Of a DNA stretch of 36,034 nucleotides, positions 1-8,009 are shown piece by piece; positions within the stretch are counted from its first letter, which is position 1, and each line of letters begins with the position of its first letter. The notes below the pieces were generated by a model. That model saw only the letters and a program-made list of their open reading frames with translations, did no database searches and had not been told where the DNA came from. The translations under genes were made by a program, and so were the position numbers. This DNA is from Acidobacteriota bacterium (GTDB lineage Bacteria; Acidobacteriota; UBA6911; RPQK01; JADFOI01): NCBI GenBank assembly GCA_036445815.1, contig JAZFRU010000057.1, positions 1 to 36,034 of the forward strand, written 5' to 3'.

Positions 1-162
1 GATTCTCTACTGCAGCGGCGAATCCATCCGGCCTGGCTGTGTTACGCTCAGTCGGACTCCTCGCCGTACTTCTCAGTACGCCTGCGGTGCCCTCCCTTCG
101 CAAGCCTTGCCAGGCCAGTGCCTTCTCCGCTTCGTGACGAGAACCCATGTGTAGCCCGGGCT
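1..162. mobile_element. MITE-like non-coding element, left end cut off by the window edge
   Basis: Nested inverted repeats (GGCCTGGC 30-37 / GCCAGGCC 109-116; CGTACT-TCTC-AGTACG 65-80). Reverse complement of the right end (AGCCCGGGCTACACATGGGTTCT) resembles the orphan ends at 27262, 31870 and 33215, which also share CTCTACTGCANCGGC with 5-19. Confidence 0.55.
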
Positions 163-220
163 CATTCTCCTTTTTCTTCTGAATTACGGGTTCCGCTGTC
201 AGTATAGATTTTTAATGTGA

Positions 221-246
221 GAAGGGCGCAAGGCCGTGCGCTCTTC
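221..246. repeat. REP-like palindrome (GGGCGCA class)
   Basis: GAAGGGCGCA-AGGCCG-TGCGCTCTTC hairpin; near-identical to 33380-33399. Confidence 0.65.
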
Positions 247-265
247 GATTAGGTGGCAAGCACAG

Positions 266-358
266 TGTAGCGGCCGCTCTATGAGCGGCTTCCGGATTCG
301 GCGCCCTGAGGCGCCTCCCACATTCCGGCCCCACGTGAAACGTTAAACCTTAAACGTG
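266..358. repeat. 93-bp dispersed repeat: REPIN (two inverted GTAG/GTGG-type REPs) plus heptamer array
   Basis: Aligns without gaps to 19508-19600 with 7 mismatches (manual count). Contains GTAG-CG-GCCGCTC-TAT-GAGCGGC and, on the minus strand, GTGG-GA-GGCGCC-TCAG-GGCGCC. Confidence 0.85.
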
Positions 359-393
359 AATCCTGACCCGCTGGTCTTCGACCAGCGGTCAGG
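334..393 (-). terminator. Hairpin plus heptamer-array element downstream of the HEAT-repeat gene
   Basis: Hairpin CCTGACCCGCTGGTC-TTC-GACCAGCGGTCAGG (362-393) overlaps the stop codon; on the minus strand it is followed by TTCACGTTTAAGGTTTAACGTTTCACG (360-334). Terminator function is inferred. Confidence 0.55.
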
Positions 394-1210
394 GGTCAGC
401 TTCCTTCCCCACCCGGCTCTCGATCGCCTCATGGGTGAGGATTGCCTGATCTCTCACCTCTGGAACGAAACCGGGATCTTCCGCAATCGAACGAATGACT
501 TCGAGTTCCCCCGTGTCACCGACCAGGGCCAGGGCCCGAAGGGATTCCCAGACATGGCTGACATCCGGATAGAGTGTCAGCAGTTCCGTTCCCGCCTTGA
601 CCCCGGTGCCTGGCTCCAGGACCAGCGATTGGACAGAACTGGAGAGTGGAGAACGCACCTCGTGAAGATCACCCTGGCGGCTTACTCGAACCAGTGGATT
701 ACCCAGATGCACCTCTTCTCCCTCACTGACCAGATAATCAACCTCTCCGTCTACAGGCGCCCTCACGGAGTACGGCAATAACATGGCCCGTATTTCCTTC
801 AATCCCGATGGATCGCCAAAGCGGACCAGGGCCAGTGCGGCGTTGCGTCTTACCAGAAGCTCATCATCAGGAAGCATGCCAAGCAGGGCCTGGTGAAAGG
901 CATCGAAGGTGGGATCCTGTCCCATGACCCAGGCTGCAGTGACTCGAACCTGTGGAGTCGGGTGTTTCGAGTGTCGAATCACCTCCTCATACCACTGGGT
1001 GGCAGATGATTCACGTCGATCCATGAGTCCGGCTATCTGAGTGAGTGCATGCTGGACGCGGCGCGACTTCTCCTGGTCTTGCAGGTACTCGGTCAGTTCA
1101 GTGTCGGTGAGCAACCGCCCGAACCAGGTTCCATGCCAGGCGAAATAGGGAATGATCACACAGGCAAGCACTGCCGCGACAGCCCCCAGAAAGTAAAGAG
1201 TTCTTTTCAT
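389..1210 (-). CDS. Membrane-anchored HEAT-repeat protein with an inserted biotinyl/lipoyl-like barrel
   Basis: N-terminal hydrophobic helix; HEAT/PBS-type repeats (VRVTAAWVMG, VRRNAALAL, SLRALALVG); VRAPVDGEV...VSEGEEV...VRSP...G..V..G..L pattern of biotinyl/lipoyl domains. Confidence 0.8.
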   Translation of the reverse strand: MKRTLYFLGAVAAVLACVIIPYFAWHGTWFGRLLTDTELTEYLQDQEKSRRVQHALTQIAGLMDRRESSATQWYEEVIRHSKHPTPQVRVTAAWVMGQDPTFDAFHQALLGMLPDDELLVRRNAALALVRFGDPSGLKEIRAMLLPYSVRAPVDGEVDYLVSEGEEVHLGNPLVRVSRQGDLHEVRSPLSSSVQSLVLEPGTGVKAGTELLTLYPDVSHVWESLRALALVGDTGELEVIRSIAEDPGFVPEVRDQAILTHEAIESRVGKEADP

Positions 1211-1266
1211 CAGAATCGATCGGACACTATTACCTGCGGGAGGACCGCATCAAAGGAGGGAGGGAA

Positions 1267-1292
1267 AGTGGCCGCCCCGCTGGGCGGCCACT
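1267..1292. repeat. REP-like palindrome (TGGCCGC class)
   Basis: AGTGGCCGCCC-CGCT-GGGCGGCCACT, 11-bp stem; related to 267-289 and 33311-33333. Confidence 0.6.
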
Positions 1293-1293
1293 A

Positions 1294-1345
1294 TGTGAAA
1301 CGTTAAACCTGAAACGTGAAACGTGTCCGCTTCAGGAGCGGACAC
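1294..1345 (-). terminator. Hairpin plus heptamer-array element downstream of the cupredoxin lipoprotein gene
   Basis: 9-bp stem GTGTCCGCT/AGCGGACAC (1323-1345) 3 nt after the stop, then GTTTCACGTTTCAGGTTTAACGTTTCACA on the minus strand. Confidence 0.55.
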
Positions 1346-1348
1346 CGA

Positions 1349-2128
1349 TCATCCGGAATAGCCGAAGTCCACTTCCTGGCTCGAGTCGGGAGCAACCGTG
1401 ATCTGCTGCTCCTGAGCTCCGTACTTCTCGTGCCACACCTCGATCGTATAGTCGCCCGGAGGCAGGTCATTCAACGCGAAGGAGCCATCATCACCGGTCA
1501 CGGCAAAATAGGGATGCGGCACGACGGCAATGTAGGCCTTCATCCAGGGATGAATATTGCATTTGACCGGTATTGCAACCTCCGTCCGCGGAAAAGACCT
1601 CGTCATTTCCTGGCCGGAACTCTGTGAAATATTCCACTCCCGGTTATTGTCCGGTAAGGGATGGATGTTATGGGTGGCCGAATCGCTGTTCTGCATCTGG
1701 ATGTCCTGGCCGACCTGAACCCCCAATACGTGGGGAATGTAAAGGCAGCCATCCTGATTCAGCACGGCTGGCTCGGAAGGAGCCTGGAAGCTGTAGGGTT
1801 CCATGCCTCCCTTGATCCACACCAGGGCGTTCTTGAGGGTTCCATTGTCGTTGACGATGACATCAGAGGAATAGACAGGTTCTCCATGCTTGTCGTCGCA
1901 TGTGGGCTCTGCCCCCATACGAATGCGCGCCATTCTCGGGGCCTCCCCATCAAAGCTCACCTTGCCGGTCACGGAACCCGCCTGGGAAAGGTCAGGGGCA
2001 ACACCTGCCGAAGCTTCCGCGGCAGGTGCCTCCTCGCCTGTGGCCTCAGAGGCGGATTCTCCTCCTCCACCGCAAGCGGCAGTCACGCCTACCAAGAATA
2101 AAGCCATGTACAGTTTAGTTTTCACCAT
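1349..2128 (-). CDS. Lipoprotein with carboxypeptidase-regulatory-like beta-sandwich and cupredoxin-like domain
   Basis: Lipobox VTAAC followed by a Gly/Ala/Glu-rich linker; HNIH...CNIHPWM copper-ligand pattern; C-terminal GSFALNDLPPGDYTIEVWHE. Confidence 0.85.
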   Translation of the reverse strand: MVKTKLYMALFLVGVTAACGGGGESASEATGEEAPAAEASAGVAPDLSQAGSVTGKVSFDGEAPRMARIRMGAEPTCDDKHGEPVYSSDVIVNDNGTLKNALVWIKGGMEPYSFQAPSEPAVLNQDGCLYIPHVLGVQVGQDIQMQNSDSATHNIHPLPDNNREWNISQSSGQEMTRSFPRTEVAIPVKCNIHPWMKAYIAVVPHPYFAVTGDDGSFALNDLPPGDYTIEVWHEKYGAQEQQITVAPDSSQEVDFGYSG

Positions 2129-2188
2129 CTTTCTTCCTTTCTTGTCTGGTTAGATTATTTCTATAAGTACCAGGACTTGATACTTGAA

Positions 2189-5100
2189 TTATCTGCCCGT
2201 GAGTCGACGCTGCTCCGCGGCCGTGTACTGGAACATATATCGTACCATGAGTTCGGCATGGTCCTCGTCGTAGCCTCTCAAGCTGGGGACATCGGCCATT
2301 CCAAACACCCAACGGGCACCCTCCTGGCGAAAAAGGCCCGAGGGCATGTTGGTTCCGGGTCGAATAATCTCAGGATGGACAATCCATCTCTCGGTCCAAT
2401 CCGATTTCAGCCGGTCCGGGACCAGTAAGAAATTGGGAGCGGTGGCGTTCACATCGACGACCGGATCTCCCACCGCGTGGCACTTCAAACAGGGTGCTGC
2501 CGTATGGGTGAAAAGCTCTCTCGCCATGGCCAGTTCTCGTGAAGACAAAGGTTCCAGCACCGGTGCAGTATAGGGAAGGGGCTGTTCGGAGAAGGCCCCA
2601 AAGAAACGTACCAGCTGTTGAATCTCACGATCAGAAAAATCGAAAGTAGGCATGCGTGTCTCAATATAAGGACGAACCCCGTTACGATTGACGTCATCGT
2701 GACTCAAAGAGGGATTTCTCAGAAACTCCGCGAGCCAGTTCGGATCAACCCGGGCACCCTCACCGACCAGACTGGGAGGCAACTGTCCCCTCAAGTCAGG
2801 ATCCTGATAAAGAGGCAGGTCCTCCAGCACGGTGCTCTGGCCTGGACTGAACTCGTGACAGGCAACACAATTGTATTTCGTTACCAGCCACCAGCCTTTT
2901 TGAATGTCCTGTCGCTCGTCATCTGGTTGGTAGTGAAACTCGGGAGGGATCACGGACTCGACACTGCCCATCAAGAAGGTGGTCAGTTGTTGAATCTCCT
3001 CCTGGCTCAGATTGAAATTGGGCATTCGGAGTCGTTCCAGGGGTGCTTTGATCTTGTCCTGATCCCAGACGGCCGGATCTGCCAGTTTACGCTCGAAAAA
3101 GCCCTTCTGGTCATACCAGCCGCCCAGTTTGGCTTCATGGGTCAGCAGGGCAAAGTCGAGGCGTTCAATCGGCTTGCTGCCCTCTTTGGTGAGATCCGTG
3201 CCGATCTTTCCCTCATTTTCAAATCCACTGATTTCGTGACAACCCGCGCAGCCGAAATGCCGAACCAGGGCTTGCCCCTCCTCGGCCAGGGCCGGATCAT
3301 CCAGGTACTCCGCTTCAGGATATACGGCATCTTCATGGGTCTGCGTCATCAAATAGCTGGCGATATCCCTGGCTTCATCCCAGCCGAGGCGCAGATTAGG
3401 CATGATGGTGGGCTGCTGAACATGAAGGAGATGATCTCCCAGCGGGCATTGACGGTGCTGGAGATCGAACTCAAAAGGAAGTCCCTGGCTGGCATAATCT
3501 TCCGGAGTCATCTCTCTTTCATGGATCGGACAGTAGGGCAGAGTGCGTTCCTTGGGGTCGTGAATCCAACGCACCAGATAGTCGTAGTTGGCTTTTTCCC
3601 CCACCCGGCTCAGATTGGCGGCAAAGGTACCTCCGGTGTTCTGATCGCCCTCGCCAATGGAATGACAGGCCATACAGCCGCGTGTTTCAAAAAGGGTCTC
3701 ACCCTGGGCCGCATCTCCCGAGGGCTGCTGGGTCAGATTGCCTTCAATGCCAGATTGCCAGACATATGCTGAGAGGGCACGGACCTGCTGTTCGTCCAGG
3801 CGAAATTGCGGCATCTTGCTGTTGGGTCGAAAGTCGTGGGGATTGCTGATCCATGCCGGGATCCACTCCTTTTTAAGCTTCGTCCTCACTTCTTTGAGGT
3901 TGGGGCCTGTCTTTTTGACCTCAAGCACCAGGTCCGCTTCACGAACCTTCAGTCCGTTCAGTCGAGTATCGATATCGGCAATGTTTAGAGTGAGTACATC
4001 GGCCAGGGCGTAAAGTCGATCGGCCTCTTCATTGGTTTCGGCCTGATCCCCGGTATCGATGGCGCGCCGCATTTCCAGCTCGACCTCGTTTCTTGACAGC
4101 AACAGATCTGAAATGGATTTTTGAGCGTTCCTCAGAAGTCGAGGTTCCGACTCGAAACCTTCACGGGGATGACATCCCTGGCAGCCACGCTGATAAAAAA
4201 GCTGTTTTCCGGCATCCAAAGTGGGGGCTATTCCCAGACGCCGGTCTGCTTCGTGGCATTGCAGGCAGCCAGACTCGAAGTTCTCCTTCGCGTACATCGG
4301 CCACAACCAGTGTTTGTATCTGCCGTGACCCTCCTCGATTCCTACCGTGGCCACGCCATTACCATTGTGACAGGAAGAGCAGCCAAAGATCTCCGGATCA
4401 TGGATGTCCAACAGGAGACGATTGGAATGACTCGCAAAAAGAGGCTCTCCCCCCATGGCTTCCGGTGTCAAGACAACGGGCTCACGTACTCCGGCGTGGC
4501 AGGATTCACAACGGTCCACCCTCCCCATCTCGACGTTGTGAATCTGCTTGATCTCAACTCGGAAATTATCGAGTCGGGTCAACAGTCCATCCACCTGTGC
4601 TTCCGTGACACTGGTCAACCGGGCACCCGCATAGTTATTCAATTCCTGGCGAAGTTCGGTGGGTCTTCGGAGCAGTTCGACGGTGCGTCCCTGGAGCTCC
4701 CCTTGCAGAGCCTTCAGAGAATTGAACTCCTCTTCCAGTTCCCCATAAAGGTAACTCTTCTCCACCAGGGTCCCATCAGGCTCGGGAACTTCAACGAGAT
4801 AGGGGCCCGCCCGCAATTCGTCCAAGTCTTCCTGCAGACCGGACTTGCTGGAATCACCGGCCGTTTCAAGCAGATAGACGGCGGCCTGAAGGCGGCTGCG
4901 CGCCGTGGTAAAGGGCTTGCTGATGGCGGCCAGCCGGGGCCTCAGGAGGCTTTCTTCCTGCTCCACCTCAGACAACTGCTCCTCAACTGCGGCCTCAGCT
5001 TCCTGGAGGGCCTGTTGCAGTTCCAGGTACCCCTCGGAACCATAGATCTCAGCCTCTTCCTGGGCACGCAGTGGCTTCATCTCGGTGAGTGCCCCCCGGT

Positions 5101-5302
5101 AGACTTCAATAAAGTCCCTCTGGTATCCATCCCAGGGGCGCAACCCCAGGACTTCGTCGTACAGAGCCCATACCAGCGTCAGGATCAGAAGCACCGAAAA
5201 GATAGCAATGGGAGCAGCCAGAGAGGACGTGGCAATGGGATCCTCTTTGGGAACCAGTGGGTCTTCAGGCTGAGACGGGAGCGGCTTGTTTGAGTCACTC
5301 AT
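2189..5302 (-). CDS. Membrane-anchored octaheme cytochrome c (cytochrome c subunit of the Rieske/cyt b complex)
   Basis: Eight CxxCH motifs (CESCH, CSSCH, CLQCH, CQGCH, CMACH, CAGCH, CVACH, CLKCH) and one N-terminal TM helix. Start moved to ATG 5302, which forms an ATGA overlap with the upstream stop. Confidence 0.9.
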   Translation of the reverse strand: MSDSNKPLPSQPEDPLVPKEDPIATSSLAAPIAIFSVLLILTLVWALYDEVLGLRPWDGYQRDFIEVYRGALTEMKPLRAQEEAEIYGSEGYLELQQALQEAEAAVEEQLSEVEQEESLLRPRLAAISKPFTTARSRLQAAVYLLETAGDSSKSGLQEDLDELRAGPYLVEVPEPDGTLVEKSYLYGELEEEFNSLKALQGELQGRTVELLRRPTELRQELNNYAGARLTSVTEAQVDGLLTRLDNFRVEIKQIHNVEMGRVDRCESCHAGVREPVVLTPEAMGGEPLFASHSNRLLLDIHDPEIFGCSSCHNGNGVATVGIEEGHGRYKHWLWPMYAKENFESGCLQCHEADRRLGIAPTLDAGKQLFYQRGCQGCHPREGFESEPRLLRNAQKSISDLLLSRNEVELEMRRAIDTGDQAETNEEADRLYALADVLTLNIADIDTRLNGLKVREADLVLEVKKTGPNLKEVRTKLKKEWIPAWISNPHDFRPNSKMPQFRLDEQQVRALSAYVWQSGIEGNLTQQPSGDAAQGETLFETRGCMACHSIGEGDQNTGGTFAANLSRVGEKANYDYLVRWIHDPKERTLPYCPIHEREMTPEDYASQGLPFEFDLQHRQCPLGDHLLHVQQPTIMPNLRLGWDEARDIASYLMTQTHEDAVYPEAEYLDDPALAEEGQALVRHFGCAGCHEISGFENEGKIGTDLTKEGSKPIERLDFALLTHEAKLGGWYDQKGFFERKLADPAVWDQDKIKAPLERLRMPNFNLSQEEIQQLTTFLMGSVESVIPPEFHYQPDDERQDIQKGWWLVTKYNCVACHEFSPGQSTVLEDLPLYQDPDLRGQLPPSLVGEGARVDPNWLAEFLRNPSLSHDDVNRNGVRPYIETRMPTFDFSDREIQQLVRFFGAFSEQPLPYTAPVLEPLSSRELAMARELFTHTAAPCLKCHAVGDPVVDVNATAPNFLLVPDRLKSDWTERWIVHPEIIRPGTNMPSGLFRQEGARWVFGMADVPSLRGYDEDHAELMVRYMFQYTAAEQRRLTGR

Positions 5303-6240
5303 ATGTTGAACCAGGGAGTTACCATGACGTACTTGACCCGGAACAGCAATCGGAGAAAGATCTTCACCGGAAGCCCCCACATGATGACCAGGAAAGTCTG
5401 CATGGTGAGGTATTGCACCAGGGTCATACGCTCATATATTTTTCGGTTGAATTCATTCCATGTAATTAGTTTGTGGGTCAGCCAGCCAAAAACGGCGAAG
5501 TAAAGTCCGACGGCGGCCGCACCGACCAGACCGACCCAGGGCTGACCTGCCGTGATCCCCAAAATTTCATGAAGATCCCGGTTGGTTTCAAAAACCAGCC
5601 GGTGGTGATCCCAGGTCTCACCCGGCCAGAACCACATCCATCCCGGCCCGCGGATAAACGTGCCGATGAACACCATGACCAGCCATAAGACCAGAAAACC
5701 AAACCCGAAGGTCAAAATCGCGAACTTACGCTGACGGAATGTGTAATAACCGTTCCCCAGTGGATTGAGGTCGATGTAGGGAATGACCATCAATCCGACC
5801 ACGATCAGGGAGGGCATCAAAACCCCGGCAATCCAGGGATCGAAATAGACCAGCATCTCCTGCAGGCCCAGAAAGTACCAGGGCGCCTTGGAGGGGTTCA
5901 TGGTCAAATTTGGATTGGCCGGCTCTTCCAGGGGGGCGTTGAGCGTAATCGACCAAACCATGAGAATCACCGTGACCACGATGGCCGCAAAGAACTCCAC
6001 CTTCAGCAGGTGAGGCCACACATAGACCTTTTGCTCCCATTCCTCCCGGTAGGGTTCGGTCTTCCGGTGGTGGGTCTTGGCCAGGACCTTATCCTTTTCT
6101 AACCGGTCGATCAGGCGATCATTGGCCAGGGCCTGCCTGAATCCGTACCAGGTAAAGAAAGGGACCAGAAACAGAAGCGCCACGATCGGAACATTGTCGG
6201 GTTTAGAAGCAATTTCCCAGAGCTGAGCCCAATCAAACAT
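5299..6240 (-). CDS. Cytochrome b C-terminal subunit (subunit IV/PetD-like) with N- and C-terminal extensions
   Basis: WPHLLKVEF, APLEEPANP and KAPWYFLGLQE (PEWY-equivalent position); several TM helices; GGAGG RBS upstream. Confidence 0.85.
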   Translation of the reverse strand: MFDWAQLWEIASKPDNVPIVALLFLVPFFTWYGFRQALANDRLIDRLEKDKVLAKTHHRKTEPYREEWEQKVYVWPHLLKVEFFAAIVVTVILMVWSITLNAPLEEPANPNLTMNPSKAPWYFLGLQEMLVYFDPWIAGVLMPSLIVVGLMVIPYIDLNPLGNGYYTFRQRKFAILTFGFGFLVLWLVMVFIGTFIRGPGWMWFWPGETWDHHRLVFETNRDLHEILGITAGQPWVGLVGAAAVGLYFAVFGWLTHKLITWNEFNRKIYERMTLVQYLTMQTFLVIMWGLPVKIFLRLLFRVKYVMVTPWFNI

Positions 6241-6330
6241 CTACTGAGTAACCTCCTCCCTCATCCATCGGGTTGAGGGACCTAAAACGAGTGAATGGAC
6301 CATGAACTTCATACCGGTAAAACCAGAACC

Positions 6331-7257
6331 TCATTTACGAGGAAACTTCATTTCCCTTTCCAACACCACGGGGGCAGGACCGGAGATACTCCCATCTTTA
6401 CGCACGCGCCAGAAATGGACTGCAAGAAAGATCGAAATCAACAGGGGAAGCGCGATGCAATGCCAGATGTAGGCACGCAACAGGGCGTTCGCGTCCACGA
6501 TGGATCCTCCCAACAGTGCAAAGCGTACGTCGTTGAAGGCCGTCATGCCCAACTGGGGTCCGAATGGACCTTCATGTCCCAACAGCGGCGTCGCCCGGGC
6601 CATGTTGGTGCCCACGGTGACGGCCCAGAATCCCAACTGGTCGTCAGGCAGCAGATAACCCGTGAAAGACAGGAGCAACGTCAACACCAGGCAAATCACG
6701 CCCACCGCCCAGTTGAATTCTCGAGGGGGCTTATAGGAGCCGGTCAGGAAGACCCGCAGCATGTGAAGCCAAACGGTGATGACCATCAGGTGGGCGCCCC
6801 ACCGATGCATGTTCCGCATCAAGCCTCCAAAGGGAACATCGTTATGCAGATACATGATGTCCAGGTAGGCCTGTCCCTTGGTGGGATGGAAGTAAAACAT
6901 CAACAAGACACCGGTAAGCGTCAAGACGATGAACAGATACAGAGTAATGCCACCCATCCCCCAGGTGAAACTGAACCGGACCGCATCCCGATTGACCTTG
7001 GCCGGGTGAACATGAAGAAAGACGTTGGTCAAGACGGCCAGAGCTTTGTTGCGGGGGGAATCGTCCAGTTTGTGGCGAAACACAGACTTCCACAGCTGGG
7101 TCGAACGGTATTCCTTGGCGGCCTTGAGATCCGCCTGCCCTTTGGCTTGAACCGATTGCAGCCCCTCTTTCAGACGATCAATCAGAGAGGGAGGTTGCGG
7201 TGAACGTGCTTCTTCCGAAGGGGCTTCCGGTACGGTGGGTTTCTCGTCGTTTGCCAT
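6331..7257 (-). CDS. Cytochrome b N-terminal subunit (b6/PetB-like)
   Basis: [65 protein letters not shown] heme b ligand helices. Confidence 0.93.
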   Translation of the reverse strand: MANDEKPTVPEAPSEEARSPQPPSLIDRLKEGLQSVQAKGQADLKAAKEYRSTQLWKSVFRHKLDDSPRNKALAVLTNVFLHVHPAKVNRDAVRFSFTWGMGGITLYLFIVLTLTGVLLMFYFHPTKGQAYLDIMYLHNDVPFGGLMRNMHRWGAHLMVITVWLHMLRVFLTGSYKPPREFNWAVGVICLVLTLLLSFTGYLLPDDQLGFWAVTVGTNMARATPLLGHEGPFGPQLGMTAFNDVRFALLGGSIVDANALLRAYIWHCIALPLLISIFLAVHFWRVRKDGSISGPAPVVLEREMKFPRK

Positions 7258-7295
7258 GATCTGGTTAGTCGCGGAGGAGTCTCGGAAATTTCAGG

Positions 7296-7856
7296 TTAAA
7301 CGGTTATGAAAGAACCATCCTCTCCAAACTTACAGGGGGCTCCGGGTGGGCATTGATAGAGCGTGCTGGTGTCGACCACGATCTGCCCTTCAGCATCGAG
7401 TTCCACCTTGGCTCGATCCAGGGGCCGCGGCGCCGGCCCCTCAAAGTTGTAGCCTTCAGTGTCGTATCCGCTTCCGTGACAGGGGCATTTGAACTTGTTT
7501 TCGCTTTCGACCCAGTCGGGCGTGCAACCCAGATGGGTGCACTTGGCGAAAATAACAAAAATCCCCTGGGTCGTACGCACCACCCAGACCCGATGTTCCT
7601 GCTGGAACCGGGTGTCCACACCAAATCCAAAATCTGCAGGGAACCCGATGCGGAAGGTCGTTTTGGGCTCAAACAGGATCCGAGGGAAGAAAAACCGCAC
7701 GATCATCAGAGTATTGGCGCCAAGGAATCCCCAGATGGAGGCCCAGGAGATGAGCCTGAAGAAGTTGCGTCTCTGGATGAGTTTCTTTTCTTCCAGGGCT
7801 TGCGAATCCTCAGAAACAGCCGCTTCGGTGGTGGTCTCAGTGTTATTTTCTGCCAT
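7296..7856 (-). CDS. Rieske [2Fe-2S] subunit of a quinol:cytochrome c oxidoreductase
   Basis: CTHLGC and CPCHGS boxes, GPAPRPL, twin-arginine RRNFF followed by a TM helix. Confidence 0.95.
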   Translation of the reverse strand: MAENNTETTTEAAVSEDSQALEEKKLIQRRNFFRLISWASIWGFLGANTLMIVRFFFPRILFEPKTTFRIGFPADFGFGVDTRFQQEHRVWVVRTTQGIFVIFAKCTHLGCTPDWVESENKFKCPCHGSGYDTEGYNFEGPAPRPLDRAKVELDAEGQIVVDTSTLYQCPPGAPCKFGEDGSFITV

Positions 7857-7966
7857 AGTCGTCGCTGAGCAAATTACTTCTTAACCTACAATCCAAATGG
7901 GGAAGTGAGGGCAGTCCTCAACTGCAGACGCACTCACCACTAGGTATCCCCTCAGACGAGTACAAC

Positions 7967-7994
7967 ATGATAGCGAGTCTGGGGAATCTGTCAA
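7967..7994 (-). promoter_or_regulatory. Putative sigma70 promoter for the Rieske/cyt b module
   Basis: Minus strand TTGACA (7994-7989), 16-nt spacer, TATCAT (7972-7967), in the 153-bp gap upstream of the Rieske gene. Confidence 0.55.
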
Positions 7995-8009
7995 GCGCCT
8001 TTTCTCTGG

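Noticed and set aside
2618-5293. Long plus-strand ORFs 2618-3772 (384 aa) and 4121-5293 (390 aa)
   Set aside because: Antisense shadows of the octaheme gene with no recognisable motifs; such open frames are common opposite coding sequence at this GC content.
5303-5380. 26-aa N-terminal extension of the octaheme ORF
   Set aside because: Overlaps the upstream gene; ATG 5302 gives a standard ATGA translational coupling.
6295-7203. 302-aa plus-strand ORF
   Set aside because: Antisense to the well-supported cytochrome b gene; no motifs.
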